Below are positions 39,261 through 50,754 of a stretch of DNA of 64,000 bases, piece after piece (positions within the stretch are counted from its first letter, which is position 1; the number at the start of each line of letters is the position of its first letter). The stretch is from positions 186,001 through 250,000 of the forward strand of contig MU057724.1 in the NCBI GenBank assembly GCA_013265495.1, read 5' to 3'. Under the pieces are notes generated by a model, which saw only the letters and a program-made list of their open reading frames with translations, had not been told where the DNA came from and searched no databases. A program made the translations under genes and the position numbers. This stretch comes from Vicugna vicugna. Its lineage: Eukaryota.

Positions 39261-40624
39261 GCGGGGAAATGAACTGATTGCCTAAAAAGTGTTTACACTG
39301 ACTTATGAAAACAGCTACAAATGTTTCATAAGTTCAGTTGGAGAAGATTGGAACTTCTGGGCATAATTTCACATATTTCAGAAAGACCCAGCTAGGGAAT
39401 AGGGCTCAGAAAGAAAACACAATTATTTAACTTTAACCATTAAGGTTATTTTTCAGAAATTAGGACAATGATTTGTTTAGTAACATGGGCACCTCTCTAA
39501 ATCAGTCATTACCTTCGTCTTTCAGTGAAAAATTCTTAAGAAAACGTTCAGGTCAGTCTATTCTGTTATCTCTGTCAGTGATCAAGACTGAGTAAAGTGT
39601 ACAAAGGGGAGAGTTGGCAATCACAGAAGGCTCAGCACACCCTCCAGGGGTGACAGAAGGGGAGGCGTGAGGACTGCAGACCACCCAAGAGTCCTTTGCA
39701 CTGTGCAGGCCAAGATTAACCACCACCAGGATCACCACCCTAACGTTGGTGCTTCAGAAACTGTCGGTAAAAATGCGCTCACCCCGTCGGCAGTTAGACA
39801 AAGAAGTTCTGCTTTGACTGTGGTCCTTGGCATGTTTCTCTCCCTCCTCAGTCATCTGCTGAGCATGGGCGCCACAGAGAGGAGTCACCATCCAGGGTGA
39901 GAGGCGACCTCCTCACAGGGATGGCTGACTGTCTGATCCGGCTCTGCTGGCGCCGGTGGGCTTCCCCAAGAGGGCCATCAGGATGTGACCTGCAGGCAGA
40001 CACCCGTGGAAGCAAGTTCCCACCCATAACTTCATTCCCGTTACCTTCTGACCTGAAGTAGAATGCCATGCAGTTAACAGTGTTCAGTAAAGTCCTGACT
40101 CATAAATGATGATGTCTGAACCCAAACAAACTGTCCAGTAGCTCTTGACCATATGAAAATGTAGAATAATTTTTAGTAGCAATCTCACAGGTGGCTCTGA
40201 CCCTCTGCCTTCCTCCACCACCTTCCCCCAAGGACCGAGGGACAGAGTAGAACCCAGTCAACTCAGGGTGATTGGGCTGTCAGCCCAGCTTACGCGAGGG
40301 GACTTGCTGTTAAAAAACAAAAGCCAAACTTGGGAGCTTTGCTGATCACGGAGCAGAGGGGAGAGGGGGCTTCACAACCACCGTCTCTTGAGTTGTGTCT
40401 CAGCACACGCCTGCTGTGGTGGAAGCTGACCCCTCCTCCTCATCAGCCAGAGAGAGTAACAGTTGAAAGTACAGAGCGAGTTCTTTAAAACAGGAATCAA
40501 AGAAACCAGAAGGAAGATGAGCTGATAAAAGAGCAGAAAAGCAGCTACTCCGTATCCCTCCCAGTTAGAAACCCACCCAGTGAACTTCCCTGGCAGCGCA
40601 GGGATCCAGAATTCAGCATGGGCA

Positions 40625-40628
<4 letters not shown>

Positions 40629-40677
<49 letters not shown>
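40629..40677. repeat. Pure T homopolymer (49 nt)
   Basis: Seen directly. Confidence 0.97.
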
Positions 40678-40680
<3 letters not shown>

Positions 40681-42179
40681 TCTTCATTCATTCCTTCTCT
40701 TAGGAATCTCAACACTTCCCTCCTCCTATTGTTACAAAATCATAATTATTTAACAGTAGGGGCCAGTAGTTTTAAAACTTCAGAACATTTGAAAAATAGA
40801 AATCCCAAGAGGAAGCTCCGTGTTAATCCCAGATCCAGGTGGAGCGGTTCTGCTCAAAACTGGGAGGTGGGCAGGTCGGGGCCGCCGCAGCCCCCACCCC
40901 GCTCCTCGGGCATGTGGTTTGGGGTAGTCACGGAGGGTTAACTGCTGTTACAGACATTTCCGGTATCAGTACAGCCCTTTTTCCCCCTCCCTTGGGTCAG
41001 TATCCTGTTACCATAGCTGGCATCTTGGAGCACTGGGTGTGTGATTGAGAAGCTGAGTGGAGTGTTCCTTGTTAATCTCAGATATGAAAGACAAATATTT
41101 AATTTAAACATGCTCTCATGCATGTCTTCTCAAGTTGAAGACTCTTACACATTTTAATTTTAGGAAGAGTACTCTTAAATTGATAAATTTGCCAGTGAGA
41201 CGACTGTGTTGATGTGGGACGCTGAAAGTGGGAGGAAAGAAAGGTTCCCTGTCTCCACAGCCCCTCCCCTCTTTCCTTCAACTCTCCAGTTAGCTGGCAG
41301 ATTAGGTCATGTTATTCTGTTTTTAAATAAAGACCTTGCAGCTCCTCAGATTAAGTAATAACTTGGCCCCACATGTGTGAGGTGGGCCTGGAGCCAGGTC
41401 CATCCAATTCCAGCGCCACAACCAACGTGTAATTACTTCCAGTTTTAGGGGAATTCATTTCTGTAAACTTCCCATTTGCTTTATGGTTGTAATCCCTGGG
41501 CCTCGAATCAGAAATCTGATCATTTCTTGTGGGAGGTGTTGATATAGTTTAGATTCTTGGTGTTTTCCAGTGATCTTATTAATAACAGCAGTAAGCCATC
41601 TATGCTAGAATTATCTTGAGTGAGCAGGAAGAGCGTCAGCGTCATGGCAGATAATTGTATGAGTGCTCCAGGTTTACTTGGGGATTTTTTTTTCCTGTTT
41701 ACTTAGACACTTATTAATGAAAGTATGACTTTTAAGAAAGGTGATTTTCCTTCATATTAAAAGAGAAATAAAGTAAGAGAATTTGCTTCTGTCCCTAGAA
41801 CCACTGACAGGGGAGATGGTAGGCAGAAGGTCCTAAACCTGGACCACACGTTGGGAGAAGCCTCAGACCAGGACTTTCAGCATCGCCTGCATCGCCTGTG
41901 AATTGAGACAGTAATACAGCTACCGCTTTCATTGGTTGTTGCTGTAAAAACAGTTACTGTAAAAAGCAAAGGGAATTCAGTGATCTCCCTTCCCACTGGG
42001 TGTTCATTCCAAAGTGTGGTCTTCCGCGTCTTTCTTCACGAGCACAAACCTCTCTCTTAAGAAAGAAGAGCAGTTTGCTTTTACTCTTCGCAGTCTCTGA
42101 GGGTGACCCTCTCCAGTTTTTGCCACTTCACAGCAACAGAGCTCCGTGTACCCGCGTCTCCTTGGTTACTGACCTTTTC

Positions 42180-43150
42180 CATTAACCTGTTTGTGGGAAA
42201 TGCACCCAGCAGTGAACGCTGCCTGGTTGTGGAGTGTAGTGGGTGACTGGCACTGCTCAGTGGAAGAGACAGGCGTGCTTGCTGCCCTGAAGCTGCCCCT
42301 GTGTGTCCCCCAGTCACCACGGCCCTCCAGTCTCCTCCGTGGTCTCCAGGCAGTTTTACCGTTTGTGTCGTGTGTTTGGTTCTGCTGGTGTGTGAACTTG
42401 GCACAAGGCCTCATTCCTGCGTGCTCCATGTTGTGCTCCTTCATCCACCAAGGAGGCGCCAGGCCCGGCCACTTGCAGCCCGTCAACCTTGGCTGAGGCC
42501 TTCACTGTGGTGTGGGGCGAACCGGTCAGGCTTGTCTGGGTGTCTCTAGTGCAGTGACTCTGGGGGTTCATCTTCATCCCATTTCACGCCATCAATCACA
42601 GTCCGTCTGTGTGGTCGTCCAGGCACCGGGCTGTTACAGCAGCGGCTGGAGCTGAAGTGTGTGTCCATCCAGGTGGCAAGGGGGCTGCTTCACCTGCATT
42701 AGACGCTCACTGTTCCTAGAAGCGGGAGCCCCGTGTCCACCGCTGTTTGTGTGTAGAGTGTCCCTGCCGCTCTGCTTGTGTTCCACTATCTGGTGTCTTT
42801 ATTTTTCTGGTCTCTGTGCCTTTCCAGCCTGAGGGTCTGTAGTGGGTCTCAGTGCAGCCTCTGGTTCTGCAGAGGCCGAGGGCCCCGCTCTGCGAGTTCC
42901 TGTTTCGGTTTCCTCTGGTCTGTCCAGGCCTTTGGCTTGTTGGCCTCGTGGCGTGCCGGCCTGTGTGTGTGGGGAGTCGGAGTACTTCAGCAGTGGTGTT
43001 CATGTGTTACAGGTGGCCTGCCCTTCTGCTCTCGTTATTGACCGAAGTGCTAATTTATCAGAGCCACCAATCTTTTCCTTTATGGTTAGTGCTTCTGTTT
43101 ACTTGGTTAAGAGGTCTTTTCACACCCTGAGGTCATGTACGGTGCTTTTT
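42180..43150 (-). mobile_element. Ancient L1 (L1ME-like) fragment, strongly GC-drifted
   Basis: Residual antisense motifs (tttatcagagccaccaatcttttcctttatggttagtgcttctgtt, ttaagaggtcttttcacaccctgaggtcat). Confidence 0.6.
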
Positions 43151-43399
43151 ATTTGGGACAGCATGCCCACAGTGGGGCTGCTTGCTCAGTCTGTGACTGG
43201 GCTTGTCTTTGTGACCTGACAGGCAAGGGTGAATGAACTGTCAAAGCATCTTGAAATGACTGGCTTGACCCACAGGTCTCCCTGGACCACGCCCAGCACA
43301 GGAGATGCTGGTTTCCTTCCTGTCCCAGAAATCTGCCTACAGGTGCATGAGATTAACTGGGCACCCAGGAAACAGTAAAATTCAAAAGTCAAATGGGAG

Positions 43400-43545
43400 T
43401 TTATAAAAACAAGATCTATCATTTATCCATGCTGGGTGTGCACGTTGTATGTAATCCTCAAAATAACCTCTCAAAGCAAATTATTTTATCCATTTTACAG
43501 ATGAGGAACTTAAAGCTCATCAGAGTAAGTATTTTACCCCAAACC
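43400..43545 (-). mobile_element. MIR SINE core
   Basis: taatcctcaaaataacc...ccattttacagatgaggaacttaaagctca. Confidence 0.8.
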
Positions 43546-44599
43546 CACTTTAAAACACCCCAAAAGCAAACCCTGCTTCTCCAGGGGCGTCCTGAAGCAC
43601 AGTATGGTTTGGTTATACTTGGTCGTGGGCAGTCCATGTCGAGTGCTCGACAGCAGAGCCTGCCAGCGTTGCTTCTATCCTGTCTTTCCATCTTGGGGGA
43701 GGGGAGGCACGAAGAGGCAGAGCCCAGAGATGGCAGTTTCCCTGCCAGGTGCTAGTGTCGCCTCCTGCCCAGGTCGTGACACACCTGTGATGCCGCTGCC
43801 ATCAGCCGTCTGCACAGGTGTGCAGCTGGGTTTCTTGGCTAGGGCGGGGCCGGCTCTTGGTGAACGGGTTTTGTTGGTGCCCTTCTCATGCCAGTGTAGA
43901 CTGTCTCAGCAGGACCAACAGGCTGTCCTGGGAAGAGTGTAGGAAGGGAGTCCACCTGATATGTGAAGCCATGATCATAGAACAGATTCAAGTATCAGAG
44001 CACACTTGTAATACTATTTGCTAAAAAATACTTATCAGAAATATGGGCTGACAGATTGTGTGTGGAATGTGGGTGCGTCTGCCTCCACACTGGTGAGTGA
44101 GTAGACTGTGTGGCATTTTTCAAAGTAATAAGCCCCACCTGGGACAGAGACCAGCCTGAGCCCTGTCCACAGAGCTGCAGAAAGCGCCTGAAGCCAGGCC
44201 TCCTTGTTTCCCAAGTAACTGAGCATGTGAGTCTCCTGCCAAGGCAGAACACACATGTGCAAAGAACTTGTTTTACACAAAGTTGTACTGGTTAATATTT
44301 TGTATCCCAGATCTTGAGGAAAGAATTCAGATTAGGAAGGACATTTTAAAATATAACCAGCAGATATCCTGTAAAATGGGAGGCATTCCAAAGTTACAAA
44401 TTTATCTGACATAAATACATAATAAACTTGAGCAGGTTCAAAGGAATAGTGCAGAAGGCTTAATTTCAGATGTGTCTTTCATTTCCTTTCGTGAGTTTCT
44501 CCAACTATGTACAGCGTGAAAAATATCTTCCTGAAATTCAGTGAAGTAGCCTTGCAAAATGTTTGGTAATTCCCCACGTCTGTAAGGCACTGGTGGGAT

Positions 44600-45125
44600 G
44601 CTCTTGGAAGAGAACGGTCTCTGGGTCGGAATGCCTGGTTTGATGCCGTCACTGTCCAATCGCAGGACAGTTCATCACCCGCACAGGAACCCATCCCATT
44701 AGCAGTTACCCCTCCCCACCCCTCAGCCCTGTCCCCCAGCCCCACCACCCCTCATCTGCGTCTGTCTCTCTGTATTTGCATGTACTGACCGCTGCTCTTG
44801 GAGGGAGCCTCTTGGCTTATTCCATCAGCATCGCGCTTTCCAGGTTCCCCCCATGTTGTATCTCAGGTCAGGACGCCATTCCTTTCTGTGGCTGTCTGGC
44901 GCTCCGTTGTACGGAAGGACCCATTCATCAGTTGATGGACATCTGGGCTGTTTCCACTTTACTTTCCGGCTGTTGTGGATAATAATACTGATGTGAACAT
45001 TCACATACCACTTCTGTGTGGACATAGTTTTCAGTTCTCTTGGGTAGATGCCTAGGAGTGGGGTTGCTGGGTCTCTGTCAAATGTTTTCCAAAGTGACTG
45101 CCCCGTTTTGCCATCTCACCAGCAT
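44600..45125 (-). mobile_element. L1MB-type 3' fragment
   Basis: ccattcatcagttgatggacatctgggctgtttccac and gtggacatagttttcagttctcttgggtagatgcctaggagtgg. Confidence 0.85.
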
Positions 45126-45292
45126 AATCCTGTGTTTTAGTCACTGATTATCTCCCTCCTTAGCATCTCAAGGCTGCCATGGCTCCTGCCGATTTGTTCG
45201 TGATCTCCTTGGCCATCTGGTCATGTCAGGCCAACCTCTGAAAGAAACTCATTTCCGTTATCAAGGCAAACGTTTGTTCAGTTCACTCAAGG

Positions 45293-45293
<1 letters not shown>

Positions 45294-45333
<40 letters not shown>

Positions 45334-45337
45334 TGTG
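45294..45337. repeat. (TG)n microsatellite
   Basis: About 18 uninterrupted TG units. Confidence 0.97.
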
Positions 45338-45429
45338 AGGGTGACATGCTGCCTCTGGAAGATAGAGGAGGGCACAGAGTGGGGGAAGGGTAGGTGGTGG
45401 ATAGATCATGAGCAGCACTGAGGTTTAAA

Positions 45430-45877
45430 GAACAGTTCCAAACTCTTCACAATTACTAAGAACTCAGAGATTTTTAAATGTGGTTATGTTGATCATGAAC
45501 TACTTTATTAGAAATTAAAATGGAAAAAATTAAGTATTTACTAGCTCACCTCAAAGTCCCAATAGGAAACCCATTGAATAATAATATAAATAGCATTTTT
45601 ATGAAGAATATTTTCTAAAACAAGGCAACTGTAGTGAGAAGAGTAGCATTGCCTTGTTTCTGCAGATGTCTTTAATGTCTGGACCAATAGAAGACAGGAT
45701 TATCATCTCTGCTCCGCATCCTATCTGTTGTGTACTGTGCACCATGTAACCTCCAAAAAATTCCACTGTGCACTCGTGAGAGGAGAACCAGAGTGTCAGG
45801 AAACAGTGCTGGCCTTGCAGGCCCCCAGAAGGTCTTGGAGGCTCAGAGTTCCTGAGACTGCATTTCACAAACCCCTG
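45430..45877. mobile_element. MER119-like hAT-Charlie element
   Basis: tagtgagaagagtagcattg...tctttaatgtctggaccaatagaagacag; ends in a Charlie-type aacccctg. Confidence 0.78.
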
Positions 45878-47019
45878 GTCTGAAATATTCCACCTCCAGA
45901 TAATACGCTTTGCAAAGCTGTGACTACTATGTAGTAGGTGCGGAGACATTAGCAACCACATGGAGAATTTTAGGAACATTTTACACCCAAAATATATGCT
46001 TGGTTAAAAAAAAAATTCTGAGATCTCTGAGGACGAATTAACTCCGTGAACAGGTTGTGTCCTGTCTTGTGGGTGACCTCACCATTGTGGTTTGAACCTC
46101 CTGCAGCAAATTCCACTCCACCCACACCCAGAAGGGAGTGGCTCAGGTCTTAGATTTCCCGCTGAAGGTTGGGAGGAGCCAGATGAGGCAGTATCAGGTG
46201 GGAAAAACCCTAAAATAACTAGGGGAACAGGTCACCTGAGCAGGGCCATCAGTGGGGGTCTGTGTGTGCCGGGAGCGTGCCCTCCTCCTCCACGTGACAT
46301 CTGTCGTCCCCAGGTTTGGTGAGCGCCCTGGACCCCGGAGTCTGTGCCAGCTGCAGCCCTGTTCCTCCTCTACTTGTGTGTGTTTCTCCTCTCACTGCCA
46401 CTCCGTCCTGTCACTCTGCTCTTCTGGCCTCTCTTCTTGCAGGTGGTCCGCCGTGTGTTCCAGGACGGACCCCCATCCTCTCCTCATAGTGACCGGGAGC
46501 ATCGGGGGTGAAGGTTAGGGAGCTGCCTCTCTCGGCTGGAGATTGAGAGGTGATGTGCCCCATGGGGCTCTCAGTTCCGCGTGCTACTGTCGTCCCCAGC
46601 TGCCAGACCCAGGCTCATGCTCAGTCCAGGAGGAACAAATGCCCACAGCCCTGTGCAGCGTGATGGGGAGCATGGAGTCGGTCAGGCTTGTATGTCAGCC
46701 CGTAGAAGGCGTGCGTCCCACGTGGTCAGCTGTTCTGGCTACTTCTGCTGCTGTGCGCCCTCCCTGAGAGCCTGCGCCTGCTCCCACCACCCTCGGCACT
46801 GCGAGCTGGGAAGCGGGAGTATCAGAGTCCTGCAGGGAGCAAAGGACGGGGCCAAGAGGTTTCAGGACTGCAAGCAGTGCAATAGGGATATGTAACATTA
46901 GTTATTAAGGCCACAGGCTTTCTAAAAAGTAAACAACATTATTACACATTAACATTGTTGAAACTCACGGCAAAATCTAAGACGCCTTTCTGATATATAT
47001 TCGTTTTGTGGGGCAACTA

Positions 47020-47820
47020 AAACTTTTTTCAGTTGTGGTAAAATGTACATAATGTAAAATTTTCCATCCAAAGCATTTTTTAAATTGAGGTATAGTTGAC
47101 TTACAATGTTGTGTTAAGTTTCTGGTGTACACCATAGTGATTCAGTTATACATATGTATAGATACATATATATTCTTTTTTTGTAGGTTATTACAAGGTA
47201 TTGAATATAATTCCCTATGCTATACAGTATGACCTTGTTGTTTATCTATTTTATATATAGTAGTTAGTATCTGCAAACCCCAAACTCACAATTTATCCCT
47301 TTCCCCCCTCTTCCCCCTGGTAACCATAAGTTTGTTTTCTATGTCTGTGAGTCTGACTCTGTTTTGTAAATACTTGTGTCATTTTTTTAGATTCCACATC
47401 TGAGTGATACCATATGGTATTTTTCTTTCTCTTTTGGACTTAACTTCACTTAGAATGAAGGTCTCCAGGTCCATCCATGTTGCAAATGGCATTATTTCAT
47501 TCTTTTTTATGACTGAGTAGTATTCCATTGTGTAAATATACCACAGCTTCTTTATGCAGTCATCTGTCAATGGACATTTAACATCTTAACCCTTTTTAAG
47601 TGGCATTAAGTACTTTCACTTTGTTGTGCAGCCATCATCACCATCCATCTCCAGAACTTTCTCATCTTCCCAAGGAGAAGCTCTGTCCCTGTTAAACACT
47701 GACCTCTACTTCCCCCAGTCCCTGGCACCCACCATCCTACTTTCTGTCTCTGAATTTTTCTGCTCTTGGGAGAGCTAATAAGTGGAATCATACACTATTT
47801 GTCCTTTTGTGTCTGGCTAT
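47020..47820 (-). mobile_element. L1MB 3' end, split by a younger L1
   Basis: ttgtggtaaaatgtacataatgtaaaattttccatc resumes at 47582 as catcttaacc...gcattaagtactttcactttgttgtgcagccatc. Confidence 0.85.
47081..47581 (-). mobile_element. Younger 5'-truncated L1 nested in L1MB
   Basis: ORF2 C-terminus KKLWYIYTMEYYSVIKKNEIMPFATWMDLE. Decayed TSD-like CATCCAAAGCATTTTT (47065) and CATCTTAACCCTTTTT (47582). Confidence 0.92.
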
Positions 47821-47824
47821 ATTA

Positions 47825-48140
47825 TTTATTTTAGATAACTTATTGATCATTTCTCTGATTGTGTGAGTAACACATATCTGTTTTGGAAAAATACAGGAAA
47901 TATATAAACCAAAGGAAGAAAATGCATATCACCTTTAAGCTCTACTCAGATAACCACTAAAAACATTTTTATGTCTTTCAGAGAGAGACATTATACTTTG
48001 CTGTCCGCTTTTCATTTAGCAAGGTATCAGGGATATCTTTCCATGCCCTTAAATATTTTCCATATAACCATTTCAGTGGTTACATCACATTTCATTCTGC
48101 AGATGCATCACAATTTAATGAACAGTCCCCTTCCTGTTCT
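47825..48140 (-). mobile_element. L1ME-like fragment
   Basis: cagataaccactaaaaacatttt and atatctttccatg motifs. Confidence 0.5.
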
Positions 48141-50754
48141 TTTGCAGGCAGGTTCTAAGGCCTGTCTTCCTGTCTGTGTACCACTGTCTTCATCGCTCGT
48201 CCTGAGTGGTGGCTCCTTGGGCATTCAGCCTGGTGTCTGTGAAGCAGGTGTGCATGTGACCAGCACACTGACCAGGCCTCTCTTCTTTCCCAGGATGGCT
48301 GGCCTTTTCAGTTTGATTGACACCATGTGGCCTCCAGTTGTGCCTCTGAGAGCACCTGGCCGCAGCTCGGCCTGTGAAGAGGTAAGCCCATCACTGACAG
48401 CTCCCTGGTTGCACCTGCTTGGTGTCAGGTGCTGAGCCAGGTGCCACTCCACAGTCCACATCCCAGGAAGCTGGGACCAGTGCATGTAAGCCAGGACAGA
48501 GGTCCAGGCCCACTGGCCCGCTTGCAAGTCCAGCCACCACCACACGCCAGGGCACAACCAAGGTCTCAGTGTCGCACCGAACAAGACACTTTCAATCACT
48601 AGCAGAACCTGCACTCAGTCACCAGTTGGAGCAGAAACTCCATGAATAACCTCCTGCTTATCCTGGGATTTCCCTTTCCTTCCTCGTCAGATTGTTCCCA
48701 GGAGTTGCTCACAGGTAGCAAAATTGACTGATTAAAATGAGTCCCCTGTCTCCATGCTGAGCCTACCCAGCAGTCTGGCCAGAGCTGTTCTGGGCTGTAG
48801 CTCCTCAGGCAGAACATGTGCCACCTTGTTTGTGTGGTACCTGACCGCCTGGCACAGGTAAAACCATGGCTCTGTTCTGTGCTGGACCAGCTGCACTGTG
48901 GTCAGAAATGCCATTTCTAGAGCACTCACAGGGGTGGAGTTTCTAAATGGTGTTCTCAATATACTCTGAAAAGTAAATTTCTAAAACGAAATCTTGAATT
49001 GGTCATAAGTTAAAAAGCACAGAAGTTCTTAGCTTGGTCCCAGAGATAAACAACATAACCCGTTTCTTACATAGCCTTCCAGAGAGGTAGTATGCTTCTG
49101 TGAACCAATATGTGTCTATTAGAGTAGGTTTATATTAACAGTGATTTGAGTCTTTTAACAGTACATTCACGTTCTGCTTTTGTCTTCACTTTAAACAGGA
49201 AACAACTCATCTGCCTCCTCCTAGCTTCTGTTACATCCTCTCTGCTCATCCAAATCTGGGACAAATTGATATAATTGACGAAGACCCCGTTTCTAAGCTT
49301 TACCATCCTCCGGTTCCCCGCTTCTTAAGAGAAATTCTCCAGGTGGTGTTTTTGTTTCTGCCAAGGTCTCAGTTATTTTCTGTGGCTGTGCTGGGGGTGG
49401 GGGGGGGCCTTACTCACCGTTCTCAATGCCTTTCCAGACTGATGGCCTCTGTACCCGTTGCAGTTTCTACGCCAGAGTGATTTACCAAGGACCACAGGTA
49501 ATCAGTCTCCCCACCTCTTCCTCGTGAGGTGTCATGCGGTTCACTGAAGGATAATCTTTCAGAAATTAACGTGAGACCAAAACAGAAGGACAGTTGAGTC
49601 CAGTTGTGTCCACTCTGCTCTGAGGCAGTAACAGACCCACTCCTCCTGCAGGGTGGAGATGGGTGTGGGGGGAGCCTCTGTCAGTCAGGTGCTGGGGATG
49701 AGCCAGCTGCGCCCCCCTTCCAGCTCTCAGCCCAGCCCTGCGAGCTCCTTTCTGACACAGGCAGTTGTAGGAAGGAAGGAGAAGCTGTAGCCTCATTTCT
49801 GGAGTGAACGTAGGAATCTCAGGAGAGTGCTCACCATTTCTGAGAGCTCTTGTGAAGCTACGGGCCGTCCCATGGAGAGGCCGCTGGAAGACCTGGCTCT
49901 TTGTGCCCAGCAGGCCCGCTGGGCCGAGACTGGGAAGAAGTAAGTGCTCTCGTCCGGCACGGGCAGTGAGTGCAGTGGGAAATTGCTGGACGGTGACTCA
50001 CAGCGGAATGACCCTGTGTCACAATCACCCGAGAGCACGCAGAGTTTCCTCTTCTCTGCTTGTGAGTGGTCATTTTACAGAGAATTCGTGCCTCTCTTGG
50101 AGTGAGAGGGTGACCAATGTTAGTCCAGGGCAGCGCTCTCGCCAGCTGGCCCAGCACCCTGCCCCACAGGCTGGGGATGGCCCCCAGTGAGGACGCAGTC
50201 CAGCCCCTGATTGCCTCTTACTTCCAGGCTGACTGCACTCCTCCGCCCGCAGGACGCTTAGCACCTGCCACGTGCCCATCACCCTAACCACACCTCAGGT
50301 GGTGAGGCTGAGGCATCAGTGGTTCACAGTGCAGCTGCCACTACCTGCAGGCACAAACAGCCACCTCGTGCTGTCACCCCACTGGCTCCTGCCCACAGCC
50401 CTGCAGCCCGGCCAAAGGTACAGGGTAAAGGATGCAGTGTCCAGTGCTCACCCCGTGCTCCCCCAGTGGAGGCCCGGGGTAGCCGTCTGCCTCACTGGGC
50501 AAAGGAGCCCTGGCTGCGGGCTGGCTGAGAGCACAGATCCCTTCTGTCCCAAATTTCCCACCAAGAAGCAGGCTTCTGTTAGCACAGGTGCAGCCTGCCA
50601 GCCGCGTGGTTGTGTGTGCCGAGGGCTGGGAACCCAGTGGAACAGATTCCTCAGTCCACTACGTTTCTTTATACTTCATGTGTTCTCCTTTTGTGGGGAA
50701 GAAAATCCCAGAAACAAGCTTCCTCCAGGAGGGATGATCCTGGAGTATAAGATA

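Noticed and set aside
40106..40200. Second ATGATGA...CTGA pair
   Set aside because: No terminal complementarity; such motif pairs are expected by chance.
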